A stretch of DNA of 64,000 nt from Cyclobacteriaceae bacterium (GTDB lineage Bacteria > Bacteroidota > Bacteroidia > Cytophagales > Cyclobacteriaceae). The position numbers and the translations under genes were made by a program. This document shows, piece after piece, positions 27,862-37,922 of this stretch. Every line of letters begins with the position of its first letter. Within the stretch, counting starts at the first letter, position 1. The notes below the pieces were generated by a model that saw nothing but the letters and a program-made list of their open reading frames with translations, was not told the origin of the DNA and searched no databases. The stretch lies in NCBI GenBank assembly GCA_028284125.1, contig JANQSI010000018.1:336998-400997 (forward strand). Direction: 5' to 3'.

Positions 27862-29112
27862 ATGAAGCGATCGAAATTTTTATTTCTGGGACTTTTGCTG
27901 TTATTGGCATCATGTAATCCAACTACAGTTACCTTCTCATTTATCTATAATCCTGATGGCCCTAACCCGGAGGTAGCGGAGAATATGAAACGGATTCTCG
28001 AATCTGAGTTTAATGTGGAGATAAAGCTCATAGAGGGAGTTCACACCAATGCAAATATTGACAGTCTGGTTCTCAATAAAGTTGATTTCGCATTAGTTGA
28101 AAACTATATACCCTACAGAAAAGGGATGAATTCAGCATTTTCATTTTATTCTGAGGTACTCCATGTGTTTTATGATAAAAATCTTAATCCACAATCTTTT
28201 GAAGAGCTGATTTATGACAAGACAGTCTTTGTTGGAAGAAGAGGCTCGCCCTCCTATCATTTGATGATGGATCTTTTCAACTTTTATGGTCTCGATCAGA
28301 ACAGGATAAACATTAGCTTCAATATTGTCCAATGTGATGTTATCGTTTTGCTTTCAACGCTTTTATCTGAGGATGAACTCTTAGGCTTTCGGGATTTCAA
28401 GCTTTATTCTTTTGACGATATAGATACGTATGGAATGGGTGGATCTTCTGTTGAGGGAATTTCTTTAAAATATCCAAGAATAGATCCATTTGTAATTCCA
28501 CGAAAAACCTATGGAGATTTTACAAATGAGCCAGTTGTGACCTTATCGATTGATGTTGTGATGATGGTTCGATCAGGGATGGGAACAATTGCTGTCACCG
28601 ATTTGACTAAAACGATGCTTAGAAACAAGCAGACGTTTGCACCGATTGATCCACTTCTTTACAATGGAATGAGGGAAGATTTTGATCAGTCAAAACTTAA
28701 TTTCCCACTACATGAAGGGGCCCGTGTTTTTCTAGATAGGGATGAACCTAGTTTCTTAGAACGGTATGCGGAATTAGGAGGAGTTGTCTTCTCTATTGTC
28801 ATTGCCATCATTGGTGGTTTGGTTTCACTTACCAAGTGGCAGACACAGAAGAAGAAGGATAAGGTTGACGAGTTTTACGAAGAGCTATTATCTGTTAAGA
28901 ACGCCATTCCCAAGATAAGTACCATCAAAGAGGGACTGCAGAAAATCAAAGCTGTCCAGGCGTCACAAAATAGAGCATTTGAAATGTTGATTAGTGAAGA
29001 ATTAGTGGCGAACGATAGCTTTAGAATTTACATGGAACTTTCAAAAGAGACCATCGGCGAACTAAGGGGAAGGATGCGGACGATAAAAGCGCTTGGAGCA
29101 AAAAACTCTTAA
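27862..29112 (+). CDS. TAXI-family solute-binding-like lipoprotein with C-terminal TM helix and cytoplasmic tail
   Basis: LLLLAS-C lipobox; NIDSLV..KVDFALVEN, FYSEVLHVF, GRRGSPS and PLHEGARVFL TAXI-like motifs; TM GGVVFSIVIAIIGGLVSL. Confidence 0.75.
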   Translation: MKRSKFLFLGLLLLLASCNPTTVTFSFIYNPDGPNPEVAENMKRILESEFNVEIKLIEGVHTNANIDSLVLNKVDFALVENYIPYRKGMNSAFSFYSEVLHVFYDKNLNPQSFEELIYDKTVFVGRRGSPSYHLMMDLFNFYGLDQNRINISFNIVQCDVIVLLSTLLSEDELLGFRDFKLYSFDDIDTYGMGGSSVEGISLKYPRIDPFVIPRKTYGDFTNEPVVTLSIDVVMMVRSGMGTIAVTDLTKTMLRNKQTFAPIDPLLYNGMREDFDQSKLNFPLHEGARVFLDRDEPSFLERYAELGGVVFSIVIAIIGGLVSLTKWQTQKKKDKVDEFYEELLSVKNAIPKISTIKEGLQKIKAVQASQNRAFEMLISEELVANDSFRIYMELSKETIGELRGRMRTIKALGAKNS

Positions 29113-29200
29113 GATCGAATAAAATCACATTAGCCGATCACGGATAACTCTCATTAAGCAAAATCACACTAAATTCGTGGCAAATTTTGAGTGACTATTA

Positions 29201-30229
29201 ATGGGCCTTTTCGATTTTTTCCAAAGCGACATTGCAATTGATCTTGGTACTGCTAACACACTGATAATCAGCAAAGACACTGTGTTGGTTGATGAGCCGT
29301 CTATTATTGCAATTGACAAGAGTTCCAACAAGGTGTTGGCCATTGGAAAGCAGGCGATGCGGATGCATGAAAAGACGCATGAAAACATCAAAACCATCCG
29401 CCCGCTTAAAGATGGAGTGATTGCGGATTTCCACGCGGCTGAACACATGATCCGAGGAATGATCAAAATGATGGATGGCGGGAAGAAGTCACTTTTTCCA
29501 GCTTCTCACAGAATGATCATTTGCATCCCATCTGGAATTACTGAGGTTGAGAAAAGAGCGGTACGAGATTCAGCTGAGCACGCTGGAGCCAAAGAAGTTT
29601 ATATGATTCATGAACCGATTGCAGCTGCAATTGGTATTGGAATCGATATCGACCAGCCTGTTGGGAGCATGGTCGTAGATATTGGCGGAGGAACAACGGA
29701 GATTGCTGTTATAGCCTTAAGTGGAATAGTTTGTGACCAGTCCATTCGTGTGGCAGGAGATTCTTTTAACAAGGACATCCTTGATTACATGAGAAGACAA
29801 CATAATCTATTGATTGGGGAACGTACAGCTGAGAAGGTAAAGATCGAGGTAGGTTCTGCACTGACCGAACTTGAAGATGGTCCTGAAGATTATGAAATAA
29901 GGGGAAGAGATTTGATGACCGGGATTCCAAAAGTGATCAAGATCTCCTATTCTGAGATTGCTTTTGCGATTGACAAATCTGTTTCTAAAATAGAGGAAGC
30001 GGTGCTTAAGGCATTGGAGATTTCTCCACCAGAACTTTCTGCAGACATCTACGACAATGGGATCTATTTGACAGGTGGAGGTGCTATGCTGCGTGGCTTG
30101 GATCGAAGGTTGGCCATGAAAACAAAACTTCCTATACATATTGCAGAAGATCCTTTGAGGGCGGTTGTTCGAGGCACTGGAAACGCTCTTAAGAATTTAC
30201 CTCATTACAAGCCAGTTTTAATGACATAG
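29201..30229 (+). CDS. mreB: Rod shape-determining protein MreB
   Basis: IDLGTANT, RPLKDGVIADF, VDIGGGTT, LTGGGA. Confidence 0.98.
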   Translation: MGLFDFFQSDIAIDLGTANTLIISKDTVLVDEPSIIAIDKSSNKVLAIGKQAMRMHEKTHENIKTIRPLKDGVIADFHAAEHMIRGMIKMMDGGKKSLFPASHRMIICIPSGITEVEKRAVRDSAEHAGAKEVYMIHEPIAAAIGIGIDIDQPVGSMVVDIGGGTTEIAVIALSGIVCDQSIRVAGDSFNKDILDYMRRQHNLLIGERTAEKVKIEVGSALTELEDGPEDYEIRGRDLMTGIPKVIKISYSEIAFAIDKSVSKIEEAVLKALEISPPELSADIYDNGIYLTGGGAMLRGLDRRLAMKTKLPIHIAEDPLRAVVRGTGNALKNLPHYKPVLMT

Positions 30230-30236
30230 TTAGCGG

Positions 30237-31037
30237 ATGAGAAAGCTATTAGACTTTCTATACCGCAGAAGAACTTTTGCCATATTTCTTGGTCTTGAAA
30301 TTGTCTGTGTTTGGCTTATCGTCAGCTTTAACCAAAGACAAAATGCTGACTTTCTGAATTCAAGCAATGCTCTTTCTGCGAGGATTTCTACCAGTTCCCA
30401 AAATGTGTCTGATTACTTCGACCTGATCGAAATTAACCAACAACTGATGTTGGAAAACGAACAACTGCAGGCAAGATTGAATGCCAATATTGCATATGCG
30501 GATAGTCTGGGAATTCCATCTGAAACTTATCGTGTTCAGGGGGCACGAGTTATAAACAACACATTTAGAAGATCAACCAATTTCCTTACCATTTTAGGCG
30601 GGCGAGAGCAAGGCATATTCCCAGGGATGGGAGTTATCTCTACTGCCGGAGTTGTAGGTCAGGTAAAATCTGCTTCCAACCGATATGCTACCGTCTATTC
30701 CATGCTTCATCCACAAATGATCGTTTCTTCCACCGTAAAGCGGACCAATACAAATTGTTCGGTTCAGTGGGATCAGGAATCTTACGATGTGGCTAGTTTG
30801 AAATTTGTACCACGTCACATTGGATTAAAAGAGGGTGACACGATAGTGACTTCAGGTTTTAATTCAGTCTTTCCACCTAATATAAATGTTGGAGTTGTTT
30901 CTGAGGTCAACCTTGAAGATCACATGACATTTTATGATGCGAAGATTAAGTTGAGCGTAGATTTTACCTCATTACCAAGTGTTTTTGTTGTGGTTTATGA
31001 GACGAAATGGGAAAAGGATAGTGTGGAGGCGTTATGA
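30237..31037 (+). CDS. mreC: Rod shape-determining protein MreC
   Basis: TM helix, coiled coil, GMGVIS..GVVG, GDTIVTSGFNSVFP; operon position. Confidence 0.93.
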   Translation: MRKLLDFLYRRRTFAIFLGLEIVCVWLIVSFNQRQNADFLNSSNALSARISTSSQNVSDYFDLIEINQQLMLENEQLQARLNANIAYADSLGIPSETYRVQGARVINNTFRRSTNFLTILGGREQGIFPGMGVISTAGVVGQVKSASNRYATVYSMLHPQMIVSSTVKRTNTNCSVQWDQESYDVASLKFVPRHIGLKEGDTIVTSGFNSVFPPNINVGVVSEVNLEDHMTFYDAKIKLSVDFTSLPSVFVVVYETKWEKDSVEAL

Positions 31038-31549
31038 ATAGAGTCAACATCCGTGAACAAGTATCAAATTTCATTGCACTCTTTGTGATTCAATTGCCGA
31101 TGCTCTATCGGATCACTTTGTTAGATCGTGCGTTTGGGTTTTTCTACATTGGTTTTTTAATCCTACTTCCTTTCAGGCTTAGTAGATCGTATCTATTGGT
31201 TGCCGGATTTTTTGCAGGCCTGATTGTCGATATGTTTTCAAACACGCCAGGTATTCACGCTGGAGCTTGTGTATTTGTTATGTACATCAGAGACCTCTGG
31301 TTGAAAATAGTGGTTGATGACACGGAAGATTTGACCAATATTAATTACATCTCAATAAAGAAAACGGGCTTTATTCTTTATGCATTTCCATTGGTGTTGG
31401 TCCACCATTTAGTCATTTTTCTCGTTGAAAATGGAGGGCTTTATTTGTTTGTTAATCTGATCACTAAGACTATCTTAAGTGCGCTGTTTAGTTTTATTAT
31501 CATTTTCGTTCTAAACTATTTGATTGTCCCTAAACCGAGAAGGCAATGA
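31034..31549 (+). CDS. mreD: Rod shape-determining protein MreD
   Basis: Multi-TM protein with GLIVDMFSNTPGIHA; lies between mreC and mrdA. Confidence 0.85.
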   Translation: MNRVNIREQVSNFIALFVIQLPMLYRITLLDRAFGFFYIGFLILLPFRLSRSYLLVAGFFAGLIVDMFSNTPGIHAGACVFVMYIRDLWLKIVVDDTEDLTNINYISIKKTGFILYAFPLVLVHHLVIFLVENGGLYLFVNLITKTILSALFSFIIIFVLNYLIVPKPRRQ

Positions 31550-33366
31550 GTAGTCGAGTTTTTGTCATACGGGCTTTTATTCTTTTCGTCGTTGTTACGT
31601 TTTCTGTTCGGCTTTTCAGCATTCAGATCTTGGATGAAAACTACAAAATAGCGGCGGAGAATAATGTTGTGCAGAAAATAATCCAATACCCGTATAGAGG
31701 CTTGATTTATGATACAAAGGACAGTCTAGTTGTTTACAATTCGCCGGTCTTTGATTTGATGGTTGTTCCGAAAGAAGCGAAGGTGGAGGATACATTAAAA
31801 TTCTGTGACCTTCTTGGAATAGAAGTTGAGGAATTCGAAAGTAAAATGAAAAAGGCTAGAACCTACTCATCGATTTTGGCTTCTCAATTTGTAGAACAGG
31901 TATCTAATGAGCTATTCGCAGTTCTTCAAGATCAGCTTGTAAACTATCCTGGGTTTTACGTTTTGCCTCGAACAATTAGGTCATATGAAACCGATGGCTT
32001 GGCCAATGTGCTGGGTTATGTTGGTGAGGTCAGTAGCAATTTTCTTGAAAGGGATACGACTAACTACTATCAATCTGGTGACTACATAGGAATTGGAGGC
32101 TTAGAGAAATCATATGAAGAAGTTCTAAGAGGTAAAAGAGGGGCTACTTACAAAGTGGTGGATGTACAAGGGGTTGTAAAGGACGATTTTCGACAGGGGC
32201 GATTTGATACCTTGCCAGATCCAGGGCTAGATGTTCAGCTAACCATTGATTTGGAAATCCAGCAGTATGCAGAAAAATTGATGGCAGGAAAAGTGGGTAG
32301 TGTGGTAGCTATTGAACCTTCTACCGGGAATATTCTTGCGCTCGTTTCAGCTCCTTCCTATGACCCCATGATTTTAAGTGGAAAAGCATTGAGCGAGAAT
32401 TTCCCGATCCTCATTCAAGACGAGAATAAACCACTCTTTAATCGGCCATTGCAGGCCAGATATCCGCCCGGATCAATGTTTAAGACATTGCAAGGAATCA
32501 TAGCCATGGACATGGGTGTGGTTACTAAGGATGAGGAAATTACCACAGATGGAACCAACATCGGAGACCTGGCGCCTCCAGGAGTTTACTGGATGGAAAA
32601 AGCAATTCAGTATTCATCCAATAACTACTTCTTCCTTGTGATGAAGAGAATGGTGCAGCAAGGTGAGGAAGAAAGTGCATTCTTGGACAGTCGAATAGGA
32701 TTTGAGCGATGGCGTGAGATGGTTAATTTATTTGGTATCGGTAGAAGGTTAGGTGTGGACTTACCTAATGAGATCAATGGAAATGTTCCTAGCATTGAAT
32801 ATTATGATCGTCTATATGGAGTCAACCGTTGGAAATATTCAAACATCGGCTCGCTGAGTATTGGGCAGGGGGAGTTGCTGGTTTCGCCACTTCAGATGGC
32901 CAACCTTGGTGCGATACTAGCTAATCGAGGCTTTTTCATTACTCCGCACGTAGTAAAAATGGTAAATGATTTGCCTAACCCGAACATCAAAAAGGAAGCT
33001 CTCCCATTTGATTCGGTGCATTATGAGATTATTATCAATGGCATGGAAAAAGTGGTGAGAGATGGATCGGGTCGAAGAGGATATTTGGACAGTCTGTTCT
33101 TATGTGGAAAAACCAGTACGGTACAAAATCCCCACGGTGAGGATCACTCCGGCTTCATGGGTTTTGCTCCAAAGAACAATTCAAAAATTGCAATTGCAGC
33201 ATACGTTGAAAATGCTGGCCAAGGAGGACGTGCCGCTGTTTCTGTTGCTAGTTTGATTGCGGAGAAATACATTTTTGGAGAAATTTCCAGACCCTGGCTG
33301 GAAAACTATGTTACTGAAGAACTTTATTTAAATCATGCGCCAAGACCCACTATCGCAGAAAATTGA
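31546..33366 (+). CDS. mrdA: Penicillin-binding protein 2
   Basis: RGLIYD dimerisation domain, PPGSMFK (SxxK), SSN (SxN), KTST (KTG-like); operon position. Confidence 0.95.
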   Translation: MSSRVFVIRAFILFVVVTFSVRLFSIQILDENYKIAAENNVVQKIIQYPYRGLIYDTKDSLVVYNSPVFDLMVVPKEAKVEDTLKFCDLLGIEVEEFESKMKKARTYSSILASQFVEQVSNELFAVLQDQLVNYPGFYVLPRTIRSYETDGLANVLGYVGEVSSNFLERDTTNYYQSGDYIGIGGLEKSYEEVLRGKRGATYKVVDVQGVVKDDFRQGRFDTLPDPGLDVQLTIDLEIQQYAEKLMAGKVGSVVAIEPSTGNILALVSAPSYDPMILSGKALSENFPILIQDENKPLFNRPLQARYPPGSMFKTLQGIIAMDMGVVTKDEEITTDGTNIGDLAPPGVYWMEKAIQYSSNNYFFLVMKRMVQQGEEESAFLDSRIGFERWREMVNLFGIGRRLGVDLPNEINGNVPSIEYYDRLYGVNRWKYSNIGSLSIGQGELLVSPLQMANLGAILANRGFFITPHVVKMVNDLPNPNIKKEALPFDSVHYEIIINGMEKVVRDGSGRRGYLDSLFLCGKTSTVQNPHGEDHSGFMGFAPKNNSKIAIAAYVENAGQGGRAAVSVASLIAEKYIFGEISRPWLENYVTEELYLNHAPRPTIAEN

Positions 33367-34603
33367 TTGGGTAACGGTGTTACTCTTCTCTGCCTTGGTG
33401 TTTCTGGGCTGGCTAAACATCTATGCGGCAGAGTACGATCCCGAACTAGATCAAAGCCTTTTTGATTTTGGAACAAGTGCCGGTAGGCAGATGCTTTGGA
33501 TTGCCACTTCTGCATTATTGGGATGGGGAGTTTTCTTTTTCGACTTCAGGTTTTTTGATTCGTTTGCCTTCATTATTTATGGGGTAGTGTTAGCACTTCT
33601 TTTGTTTGTTTTGATTGCTGGAAAAGAAGTTGCAGGTTCACGTTCATGGTTTGGATTTGGTGGGTTTGGCCTACAGCCATCTGAGTTTGCAAAGTTTGCT
33701 ACCGCTTTGGCTTTAGCTAAATACTTAGGACATGCCACCAAGAAGTTAACAGACTTGAAAACCCTTGGAATAAGTATTGTTATTGTGCTTGTACCAATGA
33801 CCTTGACAGTCCTACAAGGAGACATGGGAACAGCGATGGTTTTCGCAGCCCTATTCATTCCAATGTTTCGTGAGGGATTACCACCATTAATGCCAATTGT
33901 GGCTTTTGGCGTGATATTAATCTTTTTACTGACCCTAATGGTCAATCAAACGGTGCTCCTGGTGATCGTCTCCGTCGGGATTTTGCTTGGATTAGGTTTG
34001 AATGCGAAAAAACCAAGAAGACTCGGATGGGTATTCGTGATTGGTGTTATGATTATTGGATCCATTCGAAGTGTGGACTTCATTTTGACGGATGTTTTAA
34101 AACCGCATCAGCAGCGGAGGGTTCTATCACTCATTAACCCTAACATCGACCCACTTGGAGCTGGTTGGAATGTGACCCAATCAAAAATAGCTATCGGATC
34201 TGGTGGATTGACAGGGAAAGGATTTCTTCAGGGAACCCAAACCAAGTTTGATTTTGTGCCTGAACAAACAACAGACTTCATTTTTTGCACCATTGGTGAA
34301 GAGCATGGTTGGATTGGAAGTATATTTTTGATTGCACTATTTACTGCTCTTCTTCTAAGACTTGTAATGATAGCTGAGCGGCAAAAGTCTGCCTTTGCTA
34401 GGATTTATGGTTTTGGAGTCGTTGCTATTCTATTCTTCCACTTTGCAGTGAACATTGCCATGACCATTGGGCTTTTTCCAGTGATCGGTATTCCACTTCC
34501 ATTTTTTAGCTATGGTGGATCCTCCCTGTGGGCGTTTACTCTTTTACTATTTATTTTCTTGAAACTGGATGCGCATAGAATGCAAGTACTTCAGCGTTGG
34601 TAG
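33335..34603 (+). CDS. rodA: Peptidoglycan glycosyltransferase RodA (SEDS)
   Basis: LQPSEFAK, QSKIAIGSGG, FVPEQTTDFIFCTIGEEHG, PLPFFSYGGSS. Confidence 0.96.
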   Translation: MRQDPLSQKIDWVTVLLFSALVFLGWLNIYAAEYDPELDQSLFDFGTSAGRQMLWIATSALLGWGVFFFDFRFFDSFAFIIYGVVLALLLFVLIAGKEVAGSRSWFGFGGFGLQPSEFAKFATALALAKYLGHATKKLTDLKTLGISIVIVLVPMTLTVLQGDMGTAMVFAALFIPMFREGLPPLMPIVAFGVILIFLLTLMVNQTVLLVIVSVGILLGLGLNAKKPRRLGWVFVIGVMIIGSIRSVDFILTDVLKPHQQRRVLSLINPNIDPLGAGWNVTQSKIAIGSGGLTGKGFLQGTQTKFDFVPEQTTDFIFCTIGEEHGWIGSIFLIALFTALLLRLVMIAERQKSAFARIYGFGVVAILFFHFAVNIAMTIGLFPVIGIPLPFFSYGGSSLWAFTLLLFIFLKLDAHRMQVLQRW

Positions 34604-34610
34604 ACTTTTG

Positions 34611-34687
34611 GTTAATTGGTTAAATAGACGAATAGTTGATTAGTGAAAGGGCCACTAGTCAACCAATTAACTAATTCACCAATCTAC
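34611..34687. repeat. Inverted array of degenerate octamers (about GTTRATTR), four on each side of a 7-nt loop, between convergent rodA and asmA-like genes
   Basis: Left: gttaattg gttaaata gacgaata gttgatta gtg. Loop: aaagggc. Right: cac tagtcaac caattaac taattcac caatctac. Confidence 0.7.
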
Positions 34688-37419
34688 TAACGAAAGCCTC
34701 CGCCTTTCTTTTTAAACAAGCTCTTCAGTTTTTTCTTGGCAGCTTCTTCCGCTTTTTTCTTTTCTTCTTCGAGTTTCTTCTTAGCTGCATCAGCTGCTGC
34801 TTTTTTCTGAGCTTCTGCAGCTGCTTTCACTGAATCTGCCGTGGCTTTAGCTTTGGCTTCAGCCTCTGCTTTTTTACGCGCAAGCTCAGCTTCAGCTTTG
34901 GCTTTTTCCTCATCGACTTTGGAATTCACTTGCTCTTGAAATGCCGCTTTTACTCCCTGCGATCCACCACTGGAAGAAGGGCTTGATCCAAGCAGATTGA
35001 TTTTTGGGTCGTCAGTTGTGCCTACAATTCCAAGGTTCAAATCGATTTTATCAGACACTAAGTTTTTTCCGCCAGTTAATGAACCGAGTGCGCTATTTAA
35101 AGCATTGCCTATGGCTCCTGTTGGAATGTCTTTCAGTAGCATGGCATAATCCAATGCACCATCCAAGCTGTTACTTCCTCCAAGAGTGGCTTTTTGACCA
35201 TTCACATTAAGATCGAATGGCTCCACGAAAAGACGGCCATTTCTGATCGCGGTAGAAACCAAAACATCTTTTAGTGTGATTTTCTTTTGTTCTCCACTAG
35301 AAGATCCTCCTCCTTTGAGGCTAGCAACTGCTGAAAGTTTGTCCATGAAATTTCCTCGCTCGAGAGCCGCTTCTGCAATGTTTACCAATCCGGACAAATT
35401 CATTTCATCCATCAAAGGCATCATGTCTTCTCCAAGTGTGCCATCAACGGAAAAGCTTGTGGAAAAACTGCCAGTGACTTGTTCGGCAATTGGTACATAT
35501 TGTTGGATTGTTTCGAAGGAACCAAAGGCGCTCGCAATGGAAAGTTCTTTAATATCAAATTTGAAATCGTATTTTGGTTTGTCAAGATCTTTTGTTTGGT
35601 AGGATCCCGTCAGCTCAAATGTTCCATCCAACATATTGAAGCTATTTTCATCTAAAATGATCGCTCCATCTTTCACGAGAACCCGTCCATTGAAATTGTC
35701 GATGGATAGATTTGAAACAGCTATTTTTTGAATATTGGATTGAAGCGTAAAATCGATGTTCTCAGGAATTCTTACTACTTCGAGAGGTTCGTATTCTGTG
35801 GTGTCCTCAACAACTTCTTCAGTTTCCTCAGGAATCCACTCATTTAAATCAAGAAGTTCCGAATTGAAATTGAGATTGCCCACAATTGTTTCGTTTTGGC
35901 TCAACGCAAATGCCAGATAATTTGTCACTTTTCCATTCAGACTCAAATCGGAATTTCCAAGTGTTGCATCAAACTTGGAAAGGTTGATTTCGGAAGGATT
36001 GAACCCAAGTTGGGCAGAACTTATTCCAAATCCCTGAGGTAAGTCCTCACTTTTGAAAGAAAAGTCAGTAATACTCATACTACCAGAAGTTGGGAGTTGA
36101 TTGTATCGTTCGGCTTCAACATCTGACATTTTACCTTTAGTGTTGAGCTTGGCATTTATTTTTCCTTTCAAATCCATTCCTTCCAATAGAACGATCTTGG
36201 TGATTTTTTCCAGGTCTGCGTTCCCATCAAAACTGAAATCCCAGTTGAAATCTTCAAGATTCTTGAATTTCAAATAAGAGGAGAATTCTTCACCATCCAT
36301 AAGGAGGTGAAATTTGTCTACGTTAAAACTTGTTTGAGTTAGATCTGCTGATGGATAAGAGAAACTGGTTTGAATGTCAATGTCTTCAATGGGAATGGGA
36401 TATTCAGCGTATGTGATGCCACCATTTTCCACTGATAAATTCGCCGCAACCTGAGGCATAGAAGTTTCATTGAAGGTTCCTTTGACTAATCCATCAAAAT
36501 TTATGGTTCCTGAGGCTGTCAATCCATCGAGATATTCTTGATAAGCTCCAGGAATCAATGATAAAATGCTCTTAAGACTGATATCACTTCCTCCAAAGGT
36601 GATATCCATCTCAATGTCATCACTTGGCATGCTTACAAAACCGTCAGCAACTATAGCAAAATCATTCAGTGCAATTCTATTTTCGAGGAATGTGAATTTC
36701 ATTTGGCTCATGTCCATATTGAGATTGATATCAGCCTCAAATCGCTTATTGGCCAAGTATTCTTCCCCCTCAAATGAGAAGAAAACACCGTCGATTGAAG
36801 TAAGTGTTTTCATATCAAATACATCCAATGTAAAATCTCCTGATCCCTCGTGGTTCAAGCCAAGAATTGTAGCAGTGACATTCATGGATTGATCCAAATA
36901 AATAAGTTGACCATTGGTGATAGCCCATTTCTCTACGCCAATACTTATCGTACTTTCAGTCTCTTCTTCTGTTTCGATGGGCTCCTCTGATACTTCGGCC
37001 TCTTCTTCACTTTCACTCTCTTTTGCTATATCATAATTAGCTAAGCCATTCTCCATTACCAAGACTTCAATTTTTGGCTCATCTAGAAGAACTTCCTTAA
37101 TCTTGATCTGATCTCCCGTGATAGCCGACATGATATCTACTGTGATTTGGAAACTATTCACGGAAACAAGTGTGTCTCCTACGAATTCCTCAACTCCTGC
37201 AATTCCAAAGTCTCCAAGGCTTACGGTAAAATCTGGGAAATTGCTGATTAAAGACAAACTGAATTGATCTGCATCATAAAAGACTTTGGCATTCAGATTT
37301 TCATCCATTGCTTCGTCGATGGCTTGTTTGATATCGTCTTTGAAAATAATCGGAGCAGTCACGATAGCGATCAGCAATACCCCAAAGACGATTCCGAGAA
37401 TGATCAGGACTTTTTTCAT
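34687..37419 (-). CDS. AsmA-family envelope protein with K/A/E-rich C-terminal tail
   Basis: N-terminal TM anchor, AsmA-like N region (FSLSLISNFPDFTVSL...), beta-rich repeats, GGSNSLDGALDY C-terminal region. Confidence 0.85.
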   Translation of the reverse strand: MKKVLIILGIVFGVLLIAIVTAPIIFKDDIKQAIDEAMDENLNAKVFYDADQFSLSLISNFPDFTVSLGDFGIAGVEEFVGDTLVSVNSFQITVDIMSAITGDQIKIKEVLLDEPKIEVLVMENGLANYDIAKESESEEEAEVSEEPIETEEETESTISIGVEKWAITNGQLIYLDQSMNVTATILGLNHEGSGDFTLDVFDMKTLTSIDGVFFSFEGEEYLANKRFEADINLNMDMSQMKFTFLENRIALNDFAIVADGFVSMPSDDIEMDITFGGSDISLKSILSLIPGAYQEYLDGLTASGTINFDGLVKGTFNETSMPQVAANLSVENGGITYAEYPIPIEDIDIQTSFSYPSADLTQTSFNVDKFHLLMDGEEFSSYLKFKNLEDFNWDFSFDGNADLEKITKIVLLEGMDLKGKINAKLNTKGKMSDVEAERYNQLPTSGSMSITDFSFKSEDLPQGFGISSAQLGFNPSEINLSKFDATLGNSDLSLNGKVTNYLAFALSQNETIVGNLNFNSELLDLNEWIPEETEEVVEDTTEYEPLEVVRIPENIDFTLQSNIQKIAVSNLSIDNFNGRVLVKDGAIILDENSFNMLDGTFELTGSYQTKDLDKPKYDFKFDIKELSIASAFGSFETIQQYVPIAEQVTGSFSTSFSVDGTLGEDMMPLMDEMNLSGLVNIAEAALERGNFMDKLSAVASLKGGGSSSGEQKKITLKDVLVSTAIRNGRLFVEPFDLNVNGQKATLGGSNSLDGALDYAMLLKDIPTGAIGNALNSALGSLTGGKNLVSDKIDLNLGIVGTTDDPKINLLGSSPSSSGGSQGVKAAFQEQVNSKVDEEKAKAEAELARKKAEAEAKAKATADSVKAAAEAQKKAAADAAKKKLEEEKKKAEEAAKKKLKSLFKKKGGGFR

Positions 37420-37483
37420 TATAAAAGGATTTTTATTACAAGTTACTTAGAATGGGAGGCAACTAGTAGAGGAACAACGAATT

Positions 37484-37900
37484 TTATTGTTTGCTTAGTG
37501 TTATGAAAATATCATCAAGCATTTGCAAAACTATTTTGTCCTCCGTTTTCGAATTGATCTTATATGTCAATCCAACCTGATCCGGATCATTAAAGGAGAC
37601 AAGTACAGAATCTAGATTATTCATGTTCTTTAGTACATACCAGGATTGGGTATGAGTTAGCGTATCAGAATGGAAAATGCATCCGTCAAACCCATTCGCC
37701 TGAACCGTAAGGCTATCTTCTTCGAAAAGGAAATTTCCAGTCATGGTAAATTCCACGTCTTCAATACCAGGGTACGATTCGGGAGGAGTTTCCCAAACCG
37801 CATTCCAGTTCCCTTGCCAATCGTTTGGCCTGGGTTTTTCAGGAGAACTTGTGCAAGAAATAATGAAAGTGATGACGAAAAAAAGGTAAATTTTTTTCAT
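37484..37900 (-). CDS. Hypothetical lipoprotein (lipocalin-like pattern)
   Basis: FIIS-C lipobox; WQGNW motif near the N-terminus. Confidence 0.6.
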   Translation of the reverse strand: MKKIYLFFVITFIISCTSSPEKPRPNDWQGNWNAVWETPPESYPGIEDVEFTMTGNFLFEEDSLTVQANGFDGCIFHSDTLTHTQSWYVLKNMNNLDSVLVSFNDPDQVGLTYKINSKTEDKIVLQMLDDIFITLSKQ

Positions 37901-37922
37901 TGGTACGCTTTATTAACAGCCA

